Shown here: positions 28,021 through 40,844 of the stretch, one piece after another
Numbering within the stretch: position 1 is the first letter of the stretch
How the letters are laid out: every line of letters starts with the position of its first letter
Notes under the pieces: model-generated
The model's input: the letters and a program-made list of their open reading frames with translations, nothing else
What the model was told of the DNA's origin: nothing
Database searches by the model: none
Position numbers and translations under genes: made by a program
Origin: Chrysomallon squamiferum
Lineage: Eukaryota; Animalia; Mollusca
Assembly (NCBI GenBank): GCA_012295275.1
Contig: CM022665.1
Coordinates: 42,718,001-42,782,000 of the forward strand
Length of the DNA: 64,000 nt
Reading direction: 5' to 3'

Positions 28021-30333
28021 CGAAATACAGTTTGCTCTCATGAAATTCTTGAGAGTCAAGAGGAATCACGTTTTGTTGGTGAAAATTGCATTAATGTATG
28101 TCAGAAGAGGTTTGTGAGAAAGAGTGAAGATGTTGATTAGATTTTTTTATTTGTCAAACAATCCAGCAATAACTTAGTCTCCAGACTGTCATGTGCATGA
28201 TCAGTGAGATCAGACTGTTTCTTTGTCTACAGAGTCTGAGTTAAATAAAACACACCATCAGCTCATATCATGATGATACAAATCTGCACTTCACAAAATG
28301 GAACACTGATTACAGGAAATTTAAATAAAAACACTTTTCAACTGGTTTAAAATAGTTTGAAATAATTAAAAATAGATGATGATAAGAAATCAATATAAAA
28401 TGTTAGGAAAGTTTTACCATAGTGTAGTCTTAATAAGGACATTGTTAGAGAAGAAATACCTTACAAAAAGTATATATCTATATCTATCTATACACATATA
28501 CATACAATTTTGAAAACATTGTAATTACTCCCACTCAGTAACAGTAAAGAAAAACTGCTGGATATACTGCTACTACTACTACTACCACCACCACCACTTC
28601 TACCACTATTACCATTATTACAACATCAACTTCTGTTATTACTACAGTGATTGCTACTAATACCATTGTTATTATTTCTGTTGCTACTATCACTAAAATA
28701 TTGCTGTTACTGCTGCCACTGTTGAAACTACTATGAATATCATTTCTACTGCAATTACTATATATTTAAAAATAAACAAACAAACAAACAAGCAAACAAA
28801 CAAATAAATAAATAAGTATAAAAAGAAAGAAAGAAAGAAGGAAAGAAATAAACATTTAAACCTATTTATCTATCTGTGTAAGTGTGTGTGAGTGTGAAAT
28901 GTTAATTGCATTACTCATCACAGCTGTGGTCTAATTAATAATTAATGTTATTCACAACATACAAATAAGTGCAGTACTGAAATGAATACTTGTACACAAT
29001 CTCTCAGCTTATGCATTCATTTACTGTGTTCTGTAATAATAAATCTATCATACCTCTACATGTGACAAAACTATCACACCACACCAATACATTCACAAAC
29101 AGATGCTGTGATAATGTACAAAACTATATATCACTCAAAACTAAAAGGTTTGCAGTGAAAACTTATTTAAAAAAATCGCTACCCTAATGGAAAAAATATA
29201 AATATTTTAATATAACAGTAAATAAAGCCATAAGAAACAACCAAATGTATTATTAACAACTTCCAAAGCAGTGAGTATATTTTACATTTAAGTGAGACAC
29301 ATTTTAGATTGAAAATGTAAATGAAAAGTGCATGAGGCAACATAGCTTTTAACTTCTTATAGCAGTTTTTACTGATACTTTGTAAACCACCATAGAATTT
29401 TTTTTATACTATTTCATATTATTTTGTACAGCTTGGTCATAAAAACAACCGTAATCATTTTGGCATCATTTTTGTACTGGGAGGTGTATCTTCTGAAATT
29501 TATATTATTGAATTTTGAAAAAATTTAAAAATTTAAATTTAAAAAAAAAAAAAAAATGCAAAGAGATAATAAAGTGTTTGAGAAAACATTTCATGGTGAC
29601 ACTCACATAACAATTACCACATCAAAACTTTATCAAGGATGTTTAGCTGGCTCAGATATGCAAACTATTCCCAAACGTCAACAACAAACGATGCTTTAAA
29701 TCCACTTTGCTGTAGAGGCAACAGTGCTGTTGCTGATGTGACATTATCAGGGAAGTCTGCACAGTGTTTGGCGTGGCATTAATCAGAGCTCTGGGTGAAA
29801 TGGGAAAACAGCCCAAGGGACTGCTGATTAAGTGTCCTTCAGACCATCATGTCTGAGAGACTGTCTTCCTGCAAGCTTCAGTCACTTTCCTAACTTTGTT
29901 ATTTCCACTTTTTTGTTTCTGGCAACACTAATAATACACTTACAGAAACTCACAGAAACCATATTTGTAGAAGAAATAGTCAATAACAGTTTAAATAAAA
30001 AAAAATTAAAAAATCCAAAATAATCAAAAATAATGATAATAAAAATAAAAATAATTAAAAATATAAAAAGTTAAAAAAAAAAAAAAAAATAATGATAATA
30101 AATAATTATAATCAAATAAAAATAACTGAATAATAATAATAAAATAATAAATAAATAGAAGCTATAGTAAATTTTTAAAAATTAAATTAAAAAGCCAAGA
30201 AAAAAAAAAAAAAACAAGTATAAGAAACCATTTAAATCATCAACAGTGAGATAAAAAAAAAAAAAATAATCATAAAACTACAACACACACACACTCTCTC
30301 TCTCTCACACGCACACACACACTCACTCTCACA

Positions 30334-30379
<46 letters not shown>

Positions 30380-30884
30380 GGTTATTAATGTAAGATTATC
30401 ATATTTCAAATCAAGAACTTTAACAAGATCTGAAAACAGATTTTATTTCAACAGTTACTGGGTGCCTGTCATTGGTTTTACAACACTACCATCACTCCTA
30501 GAATTACTCTTCTCTGTCCCAGATCTTGTTTTATGTTCATCATCTCATCACCTAAAAATGAAAGTTTTAATGACATTCAACCATCAACTATAAAATGTAT
30601 AGCAGTCTTAAGAGAAAATTACTGTTTAAGAAAAAATAATGTTTTTTGAAATAACAAGCCTTGCAGCTATTAGACTGTTTTACAAATGTCAGTGTAATTA
30701 TAACAGTGGAATCACATTTTAATGTCAAGGTTTGGTAATTGGGGTTTTCAGAGTCTGTGGCTCAATTTGCCAGAGATAACAGAACTGGAACAGCCCAAAA
30801 CACACCAGATAAAATCACTGGACAGCTTAGAATTGTAAAACAAGCAGCACTTCAGTGATTTGAGAAGATGACAATGCCATGGAT

Positions 30885-31540
30885 AACCTACAGGATCAAT
30901 TCCCTTCAATGTGTCCATCAGATTATTTCCCATTTCAGTCTGAAAGATCAGTATGTCGAAAGATGATGGTGTGAGTTTTTTGGTTTAAAGGGAAACCACA
31001 TACCAGAAATTTCTTATTAATGTTCAATGGGCTCATTTCCCATTTCACGTGTGTCAAAAGGTTATGGTATGATTTGTTTTGTCTGTGGGAAATTTCTCTC
31101 TTCAGCCAGAACCAGGGTATTAAAAGGCTAAAACATGTGTTTTATGGTCTCTAAGATATTGCATATAAATGAAACCTTGTTTACAATACATAAGAATGGT
31201 TTATTTTGATTATACAGGAAATTCCTTACTTCTATTCAATGGTTTATTTGCCATTCAAAGCCAAACCAGTGTATTAAAAGATCAAAGTTATGTTTGTCTT
31301 CTCTACAAGGAACTGAATATAAAAAATTCCTTGTTTTTCCCAAATCAATCAGGTCTAGAGTATTGAAAGACAAAGTTATGTTGTTGTTTTTATGGGAAAC
31401 TGCATGTAAAAGACTCCTTGCTGACAATACATAAGAATGTTGTTTTTTCCCCAAATGAACTAGGACCAAAGTATTAAAAAGACAAAGCTGTGTATTTCTT
31501 TTCTATGGGAAACTGCAGGTAAAAAAATTCCTTGCTTCAG
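30885..31540 (+). mobile_element. SINE head followed by about 5-6 tandem degenerate copies of the SINE central domain
   Basis: ggatcaattccc head, then repeated ttcc/ccag...gtattaaaag...tatg(t)...ct.tgggaaactgcat.taaaa.a.tccttg units. Confidence 0.55.
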
Positions 31541-32577
31541 AATGGTTTATTTTGATTATACAGCACATTCTATTACTTGTAACAAATAAAGAATATTTTA
31601 TGTTTCTCATCTCACATCACACAACAACTGTTACACTTGTCACACATTAACAGTTAATAATAAAATGCAATGGAGTGTAGTTCAATCAATAGTATCTGAC
31701 TGATTTATAAATGAAGTATATCTGTTTAAAATAACACACATAATGAAACAAAAGGTCTCACACCAGGAAATTAAAAGTAACTGTGACAAAATCTGACAGC
31801 AAAAATCATTTACCAATACTGGGACCTTTGGGAATAAGAATCAATCTGATAATAAACTAATGCTTTTAAACATACAGGCACAATCCACAGAGCCAGAAAC
31901 GAATATTTAGTTTTTTAATCAGCTAAATATTCAGTGAGGAAAAGCCTGGAAATAACAGTAATCTTATAAACTAGATAGGACCATTTGCTTAACAAATGTA
32001 ATATTAATCAATTTAATGGATATCAAACATATGGTACATATGTCACTTACATTGATTGTATTAAAATAACCATTTTTTATATATATATATATATTTATAT
32101 GACAAACCTGTTTTTCTTCATCATACCTGTATCAAATATAGGTTATATTGGAAAAACATTTGATTAGTGATTAGTATGACAAACCATACATTTCTGAACA
32201 AGCAATTTATTTTAGTATTTACCTGTTTATGTCACAGGAATTTTATTTGCATTTTTTCTTTTTCTTTTTAATTATGTCTGTTGTAAATTAAAACTAATTT
32301 CAACTGAATTTTTGTTCAAGAAACTTTACAAGTTGATGAAAAACAAACATGTTGGGTTTTCAGGTTGTTGTTTTGGGGTTTTTTTTTTTTTTTTATTGCT
32401 TTATATAACATTGGTTGGAATTGGAAAAAATAATAAGAAGATCAAAGAGATCAAAGACACACAATCAATTACAAAATATGGGTTTAACCAATGAACTACA
32501 GACAACTTGATACATGGTTTCTGATTAAAAAAAAAATAAATAAAAACAAACAAACAAACAAATAAATAACAATAAAA

Positions 32578-32835
32578 ATGGAGCACTGGTTGGATTTGGA
32601 AACCATCAATGGAGCATCCAGGAGATATGATCCTGAATCATTGATGTCTGAAGAGAGATTTCTAACCAATGAAACACAACCAATACTACCATTCTTAGCT
32701 CTGTGGTAAATAAAAAACAAATAATGATGATGGAGCATTGACTGGAAATTATAATAAACCAAAGTGTGACCTGCCATCAACAGTGTCTCAAGAGAGAGGT
32801 CTAACCACTGACCTGCCTTGTGACAACACTGAGCT
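32578..32835 (-). mobile_element. Two adjacent decayed SINE fragments
   Basis: ggagcactggttgga...atgatcct...ctaaccaatga and ggagcattgactggaa...ctcaagagagaggtctaaccactgacct, followed by acactgagcta. Confidence 0.45.
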
Positions 32836-33105
32836 AGTGAGAAACCTGCCTAGAGGTTTGCACCTGATAGCAGCCTCATTACAGGAATAATGCTGATGCA
32901 GCACATTTGTTGTTTTTAGAAGTGATCCCAGCAATGTTTCTGACGTTTTATCTCTCACTCTGGTAAACAGTGTAAAATGTATACACTAATTAAATCAAGA
33001 GCAGAGAGAGTGGGAAAGAGATAGAGATAGAAAAAATAGACAAGACAGAGACAGAGACAGAGAGAGAGATTGATTAAGACAGTGACAAAGAGACAGAAAG
33101 CCTGT

Positions 33106-33109
<4 letters not shown>

Positions 33110-33179
<70 letters not shown>
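33110..33179. repeat. (GA)n microsatellite
   Basis: Direct reading. Confidence 0.97.
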
Positions 33180-33182
<3 letters not shown>

Positions 33183-33661
33183 TCTGACTTAGAAAAGAAA
33201 ATCTTCATGCTCTCTCTGCTGTAAAATCTGAAATCTATATCTGTAGTAAGTGCATACAGATAGAAACAAAAAACAAAAAAAAACCTGCTTCCAAAAACAA
33301 GATTTGTTATTAAAATAAGTACTTCTCTTTATAACAAGCTTTCACTTGCAGAACTATCAATACAAGCCAACTGTTTGTTACAAAAATAACTACTTTTCTT
33401 TATTATAAAGCTTAGCTTGCAGAACTATCAATAGATGCATTGAAACAAGTGCAGTTATTATTATTTGTTTTTAATGCTGCAAAACAAATGATGATAAATT
33501 ATCAACTAGTAAAAAAACAAATCTAGTCTAAGAATCAACAGTGCTCATATTACAATAACAACAAACATTACAGACATGAGCAGATCATCGTGCAAGATGA
33601 TAAAGAAGATCAGTTAGTGATCTGAGCCAAAACTAAATCATGGAGAATATAAATCATTTAC

Positions 33662-33761
33662 CAGTTTTTCTTCTTTTCTGTTGTACATCCTCAACTCCAG
33701 CCTTGCGTTTCCTTCCCCTCAGTACCATTCCAAACGAATTACACGCAGTTTCTGTTTTCAT
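33662..33761 (-). CDS. Probable first coding exon of the PAS gene, with a bipartite NLS
   Basis: caacATG in good context at 33761 with an in-frame stop further upstream and a second in-frame ATG at 33728. Encodes MKTETACNSFGMVLRGRKRKAGVEDVQQKRRKT+G, donor CTG|gtaaat, phase 1, joining exon 20400 as GAC (Asp). Lies just downstream of a CpG-rich patch. Confidence 0.62.
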
Positions 33762-34079
33762 GTTGTCTTGTGGGGTTTTTAAAACAGCAATAATAATAAT
33801 TTTTAAAAAATCTATATATATGTATATGTAAAAAATCCAATAACACAGTTAAAAATAGCACTGCTTATTATCCAAAGCTTATCTCCACATTGTTGCAATT
33901 CTGCATGTACAGCAACTATCTCCCACTGTCCCAGACCATCTTTCTCCAGCGAAAACAGTCAGGCAAGCTTCTCTTGAAGACAGATTATCTCCCTGTACAG
34001 AGAAGTGTCATTTCAACAGCAGTACACACACACACACACAAACACTAACACACATGTATCCAAGTCCTACTACTATTAC

Positions 34080-34320
34080 TAGCACGAGCCAGCCAGTGAG
34101 TAATAAAGAGGTTGTGTGCACCGACTCACGCAGGCCCCTCACTCACACTCACAGATAACAACAACAACAGCGTAACACGTACACACACAGGTAGGCGACG
34201 CAGGCCGCTCTCCACACACATGTATATTATCTGAATGTATTGGCAGAACTCGCCAGTCGCTCGAAGCCAAATGAAAGCAGGATAAGAGTGTAGTGACTTC
34301 GACAGTCGATGAAAGATCCA
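34080..34320 (-). promoter_or_regulatory. CpG-retaining putative promoter of the PAS gene
   Basis: About 13 CpGs in 240 bp in an otherwise CpG-poor window, about 320 bp upstream of the ATG. Contains CACGA (34083), CACGCA (34127), CACGTA (34176) and a TGCACAC-type motif on the minus strand near 34115. Confidence 0.62.
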
Positions 34321-36382
34321 TTGTGACTTGGAAGATATAATAAATGTGTGCCTTGTGCTTCATTCATACACAGGCTATTTTTTTTATTTCTTGCTATCTG
34401 TGAAAAAGCTTTTCAGTCACAGGAGCATAAAGCAGAGCTGACCTAGCACCAGACGTGTTGCTGGTTAGAAAACCTACAGTGGAATAATGTGACAAGTAAT
34501 GAAAGGAGAAATCGTCTCACTTTTATCATCATAATCCTATTACAGGTTGAACGACTTGGATGTCTGCGTGTATCAAAATGAAATAAGTTGTAGTGTTTGA
34601 AAAGGCCACCACAGCAGGAGGCTGCAGGGTGGCTTTGTGTGTGTGTGTGTGAGTAGATAAATGATCCGCAGTTAGGAAGGGAACAAAGGTTGTCAAACCC
34701 ATCTAAATCATTGTGAAGGGAAAGCATTGCAAAGGCTAGCTCAGAAAACCAAAATCAAACACTGAAATTAAAGGCCACAATATATCAAAATTATTACTAA
34801 TTTTTATTTAATTTTATTGTATTAAAATTTTCAGAAAGTGTAAAGAAAAAGAAACAATTTCATCGTATTTGTTTATCAAAACCTTATGACATTTTGTTGT
34901 GTTATAAGCAACTTAAAACTACTCAAGCAGTAAGATATAAATAAATATATAGATAAGCAAATAAATAAATAAACATCTATGTATATACAATGGACCAGAC
35001 AAAAACAGTCAAATTATGGAAAAAAAAAAAAAATGAAAAAGAAATATACTTTATAAATAACATAAAATCAAGTCAAATTAATAGTATAAAACAAAACGAA
35101 AAGCCCAAAATAAAAAAATAAAAATTAAAGGAATGAAGAAAAACATTTAAAAAATTGAACCAAGTAACAAGATTAGGGATGGTCATGTGCATACAATATG
35201 CATGTAAGCATTCATGCATGTATCTGTGTGTTCTGGCATACATTATCAGTTTGTGTTATCTACTTCAGCAGGCCTGGGTGTCACACATATATTCAGCTAT
35301 GGAATAAATAAATTTAAAAAAACATTTTAAATTTAGGGATGGGATTAACAAACTACAAACAAGGTCAAGAGCAAACAAAATGGCTGATTTACAGATTAAC
35401 TTGAGTTCACAATTAAATGACATCAATATCAGCATATCGTGCATGTATTATAAAAAAAAAACACTATTCAGAACTGCAGCGTAAATAGTAAAATAATCAG
35501 AAATAAATAAATCACTGTGTTTATCTGTATTCAGTGATTTAAAAAAATGACACTTGGGATTACAGGGTCTGGTTATTTACAAAGACATTGCTGACAAACT
35601 TGCAGACCACTGCACTCAAATACTAGCTATCTTTCTTGGCAGGCCATTTCGTAATCTGTTACTATGAAATAAAGCTTCCAGTTCATGCAGTCCAATGGGA
35701 AAAGAATATGAACAAAAATAAGATAATGACATTTTTTTTTAAAATAAGAAAAAAAAGATGCTGAATTTATGTAAAGCAATGCCTACCTAATGGTAAATTT
35801 TTTTTACTACAGATGTAACAGAATTTTGCAAATTTTATCTGAGAGGTTTTATTAAACGTAATTTATTTTATGTCATTTTACACAGAAAATCAAGAACTGA
35901 CTGTATCCATGTATCTCAAACTTTTATAGAAATCATAAAAAAATTAAAGAGTGGGGAAAAAAGTCTGATAACAAAAATAGTTGAAAACAAATTTTAAAAA
36001 TTTTTATACAAAAAAGGTCTGCCTTCCACCCCCCAAAAATAATTAGAATAACAGAAAAAAATTATAAATTAAAAAAACACAAATGAATTTCTTTTTTTCT
36101 TTTAAAATTAATATTTAATGAAAAGTCACCACACACACTCTGGGGAAAGCAATCATTCTGCACTAAGCAAATCAGAGGAGGACAAAAATAATTCATTATC
36201 CTGTCAAACTTTAATATTTGTCTTTCCAGAATGGCTAAATTACTGTCTTTTTTTAAAACTATCTCAAAACTGACAAAGACTAAAATAATAGTAGTTGACC
36301 TTTAAATATAACATTTTTCGACACACACATAAACACACAGGTACATAAATATTATATAATGATGTATATGTATGTATGTATA

Positions 36383-36425
<43 letters not shown>

Positions 36426-37078
36426 TTATGGCTATGTCTGTGCATGCATGTAATGTATATAGATTTTAAAAAATCAAATAAATAATAATATTTCTATTTT
36501 TAATATTTAAAGTTAAATAAAGTTATATCAATAATATATACACACATATTTTTTTCTAATTTGTTACATCCAGGTTTGTAACAAATGAAAGGTAATTATG
36601 TACAATGTGTATGTACCAGAACAGATAGGTACTTACAACTATTTAGAAATCAATTAATTTAAAAAATATTTTAAAAGAATTGCAAAAACATTTTTACATT
36701 AAATCAAAAGAAATGTCAGAATAAAGGCTTTTCAATATTTATTATTAACAGTTTTAGATTTTGTTTTCTGTGGTAAAAACCACAGTTGCAGAAGATTTAT
36801 GATCAGTTGAGTTTTTATATCTTTGTTTCCTAAACATTTGCTAATTAACCTTGAAACAAAAAAGCAGTGGTTTACAAAAAAACTGGTGATGAATGCAAAC
36901 AACCATGCAGTCATAATTTATAGAATCATGTAATAAGTTTAGCATGACAAGGTTACAGAAAGATGAAAGATTACTTTACTTTCAGCCATTTGTGTTTTTC
37001 TTGTACTGTGGTGATTTAAAAAATTATGGTATTTTTTATGATCATCACACACACACACGCACACGAACATGCACACAT

Positions 37079-37117
<39 letters not shown>

Positions 37118-38758
37118 AAGTCCAACAACAAATGCAAACAGTGAAAGAGCTGTTTATTTCTTTATTTATTACCATTATTGCTATTGTCATCACCGTTATT
37201 GTTATTGTTATCATTATCATTATTATTATCATTGTTATAATTACAATTATCATTATTATTATTATTGCTATCATTATAATTCTTCTTCTTCTTCATCATC
37301 ATATTATTATTAATAAGGTAAAACATTAATATACTTTTTTTCAGATATCCAACAAAAACGTTACCATATATGATTTATGTGATGGCACAAATCTCCAATG
37401 TGGCCTTGACCTTTGACAGGTAATTGACATGTTTTTCATAAAGCTGTATTGAAGATAAATGTGGATGTACTTAATTAAATCTAACCTGTCAGATAACTTT
37501 TTCCTATCTCAGGATGGCAGTTTTTTCCAACTGACATACCTTTCATATCAAATAAATAAATAAATAAATAATAACGATAATGTTAATAATGATGATGATA
37601 ATGATAATGTCAATAGTGATGATTATGATGATGAAAATAAATAATAATAATAATAAATATAATAAATTATGAAAACAAAAATCATAAACAATTTCCTATT
37701 ACAAATTAAAAAAAATAATAATAATAAAATATAACATTAACAGGTAAAATATTTTTCATTTTATTTATCAAATGAATTGAGATATATTTCTGTTGCAATG
37801 ATTACTAAACACTGAATTATAAAAAAAAATCCTTCAAATGGATATTGGACTATTTCTGATGCAACTTATTTACCAAATAACAATTAAACAATATCTCTGA
37901 AACATTAACGCAATATTTCTCTGTACTGAAACCAAAGGAATTTATGTTCCGATATTAAAAAGCACTGAACCAATGTTATCTGTGACTTTTTTCTTTTCTT
38001 TTTTCAAATGGATACAAGCCAGTTTCCTTTGCAATCAGAACTAAATAACATTGATTTTTCAGTCATTAAGTGGTTCCGTTTATTACTCAATTTGTGTATA
38101 AATCCTTTGTAAATTAGTAAATGCAAAAAATAATCAACCCTAAGTATAGCCTAGCTTAATGAAATGTTCATTACTGTCACAAAATCGATAAATCTTTCTT
38201 TAATTAATGTTTCTGTATTTTCTCATTACCTCTATACTTTTGTTTTGTGTCGATTTCTTTCTTTTCCATTTTTTTAAATTTGTTTTGATTTTTGATTTTA
38301 CATTTTATTTTAATAATAACTTTTTAAACATTATATTTCCACCATAATGTTGCTTTAAAGTTAATATAATAATAATAATAGTAGTAAATAAACAGCACAC
38401 AGAAAATGAAAAAAATTATTATTTTATAAAAATAAAAAATAAACATATAATAAATATATAAATAAATAAAATATACTTATGTAAATATAAAAAGGAAAAA
38501 AAAAGTTTTAAAATGTGCTTAATATATCTGTAAGAAAAACCTTTGCTACTAACATTTGTAATGAATTTTCACAAGGTACATTTATAATTTGTACATTCCA
38601 GAATATCCTGGCAAACTGAAATGATTCATTATCTTAATTAGGTTGGCTTGGATGGCTTTAGAATATTTATATACTCTCTCTCTCTTTTTTTCTTACACAC
38701 ACACACACAAACATTCATACACCCACACACCTCCATAGTCAAACCAAAGTTAAAAATC

Positions 38759-38824
<66 letters not shown>

Positions 38825-39013
38825 AAGGTATTCTCAAAGTCAAACCATGGATGTATGCAAAGTCGCACGTTTGTTAGCAAGGAATTCTTATCTCTTGACA
38901 TTCTTAAGCACTGCTGATTTTATAATCATTTTGTTTTGTTATCTCAGATGGATTACATCCTGCACACATTTAAACTTGGAAATCCGCAGACTGGAAACTC
39001 TGCGACCTAACTA

Positions 39014-39165
39014 GTAAACACCGGACTTGCGCAATACCAGTCATATTGCGCAACCACATGGCTGGTACACACATATTGCGCAACCACATGGCTGGTACAC
39101 ACATATTGCGCAATATAAAAGCTTGAGATGTCTGTACGGCCTTATATAGATTGAGGTTTTGCAAT
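39014..39165 (+). promoter_or_regulatory. Homotypic C/EBP site cluster with TATA motifs (promoter or enhancer)
   Basis: TTGCGCAA at 39027, 39046, 39076 and 39106, partly produced by a 30-bp tandem unit catattgcgcaaccacatggctggtacaca. Also GTAAACA at 39014, TATAAAAG at 39114, TATATAG at 39143 and TTTTGCAAT at 39157. CpGs are locally preserved. Confidence 0.6.
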
Positions 39166-39319
39166 ACATGTAACTAAAGAGTTTTATTAAATAGATATTT
39201 CTTTCTCGTTTGTTCTTTTACATTCCTTTCCTTTTTTTGTTGTTTTTCTATGTAAATATAAAGAGTATTGAAAAAAATATCTTGAAAATTGCGTTGACTA
39301 AATTGCAATGGCTTAGAAG
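39140..39319 (+). ncRNA. Candidate first exon of a divergent non-coding or 5'UTR transcript
   Basis: Lies downstream of the TATA/C/EBP cluster and ends at a consensus donor AAG|GTAAGT (GT at 39320). The ATG nearest the donor gives only ATG-GCT-TAG (39308-39316). The start coordinate is approximate. Confidence 0.3.
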
Positions 39320-39737
39320 GTAAGTGTGAATTGCCTGACAGATTTCTTCAAATAAATAAATGTTAGATTGTGTTGAAATAAAAGGCATGATATTTTTTCT
39401 AGTTCTCATTTTGATACCACTCAGTTCTGCTTATTGTTTTTTTGTGTGTTTTTCTTTTTATCAGATTACAACATAAACAGTCTAAATAATTGTCAAGTTA
39501 AATCTTTACAGTCAGTTCTTGTTTGTTCCAGTTCTTTTCATATGGTATTTGCATTGTCTGAATTTTTATTATTAGTTTTTCTAAGTATTTTTATGTATTT
39601 TTTCAATCCTCATATTGAACTGATCAGTCAACCCTATTGATTATTACCACAAGATTTAACACAATCTATTTTACACAGTTCTCCGATTAAACCTTTTCAT
39701 TTAAATCTATTTTGTATTTATTTTGTTAATTCCAACA

Positions 39738-39959
<222 letters not shown>

Positions 39960-40584
39960 TTATAATGCTAAGGAAAACAGGTCTTTATTCTCACTTATTA
40001 CTACTAAATAGCTAGCTAAGAATTTAAATTCGATACTTCCAATTTTATTTCCTAATCTATATTCATGCAATCTCAAGGGTTTAGTCTTTGCCCTTACTTA
40101 TTTCTGAACTGGTAACTGAGAGTTCAGTTTTAAAATACTGTTTCATTTCTGAATTTAACATCAGCCTCTGAGGAGGATAAGTTGCACTGATCTTTCACCT
40201 CACATATTTCTAAATCAGTCGCCCAGACTGGGATTTGACTTGTCAAGACTGAACTGATTTTCGGAAATAAAGATCTCAAGTATGTGGTCAAGGAAACTGA
40301 GGAGTTGAAGGTTTCCTGCTGAGTCTACACATAAATTTTCTGAGTAATTGCATTAGCAGATAATCAGTGCATGGGTCTTGGCAGGCTAACAATACAGATT
40401 TAAGTAAAAATAAATAACTGAATGCTTAATGCCACATGTTTTTTGTAAAAGAAAATAATATCGGATCTGCGATATTTAGATCTTTGGTTTGATGTCAAAG
40501 GTGTTCTGTTTGTTCTGAGTTCAGTGACTGATACGGTTGACTGATTGCATGAGAAGTCAAATATTACACTGGAATTATTTATAA

Positions 40585-40615
<31 letters not shown>

Positions 40616-40659
40616 AATGAACCATTATAAAAAAATTAAATTAAAATTATTATTATCAA

Positions 40660-40698
<39 letters not shown>

Positions 40699-40746
40699 TA
40701 TTATTATAACTATTATAATTATAACTATTATTATTATTATTATTAC

Positions 40747-40793
<47 letters not shown>
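40660..40793. repeat. (ATT)n microsatellite
   Basis: Direct reading. Confidence 0.95.
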
Positions 40794-40794
<1 letters not shown>

Positions 40795-40807
40795 AATGTT
40801 CACTCCT

Positions 40808-40844
<37 letters not shown>

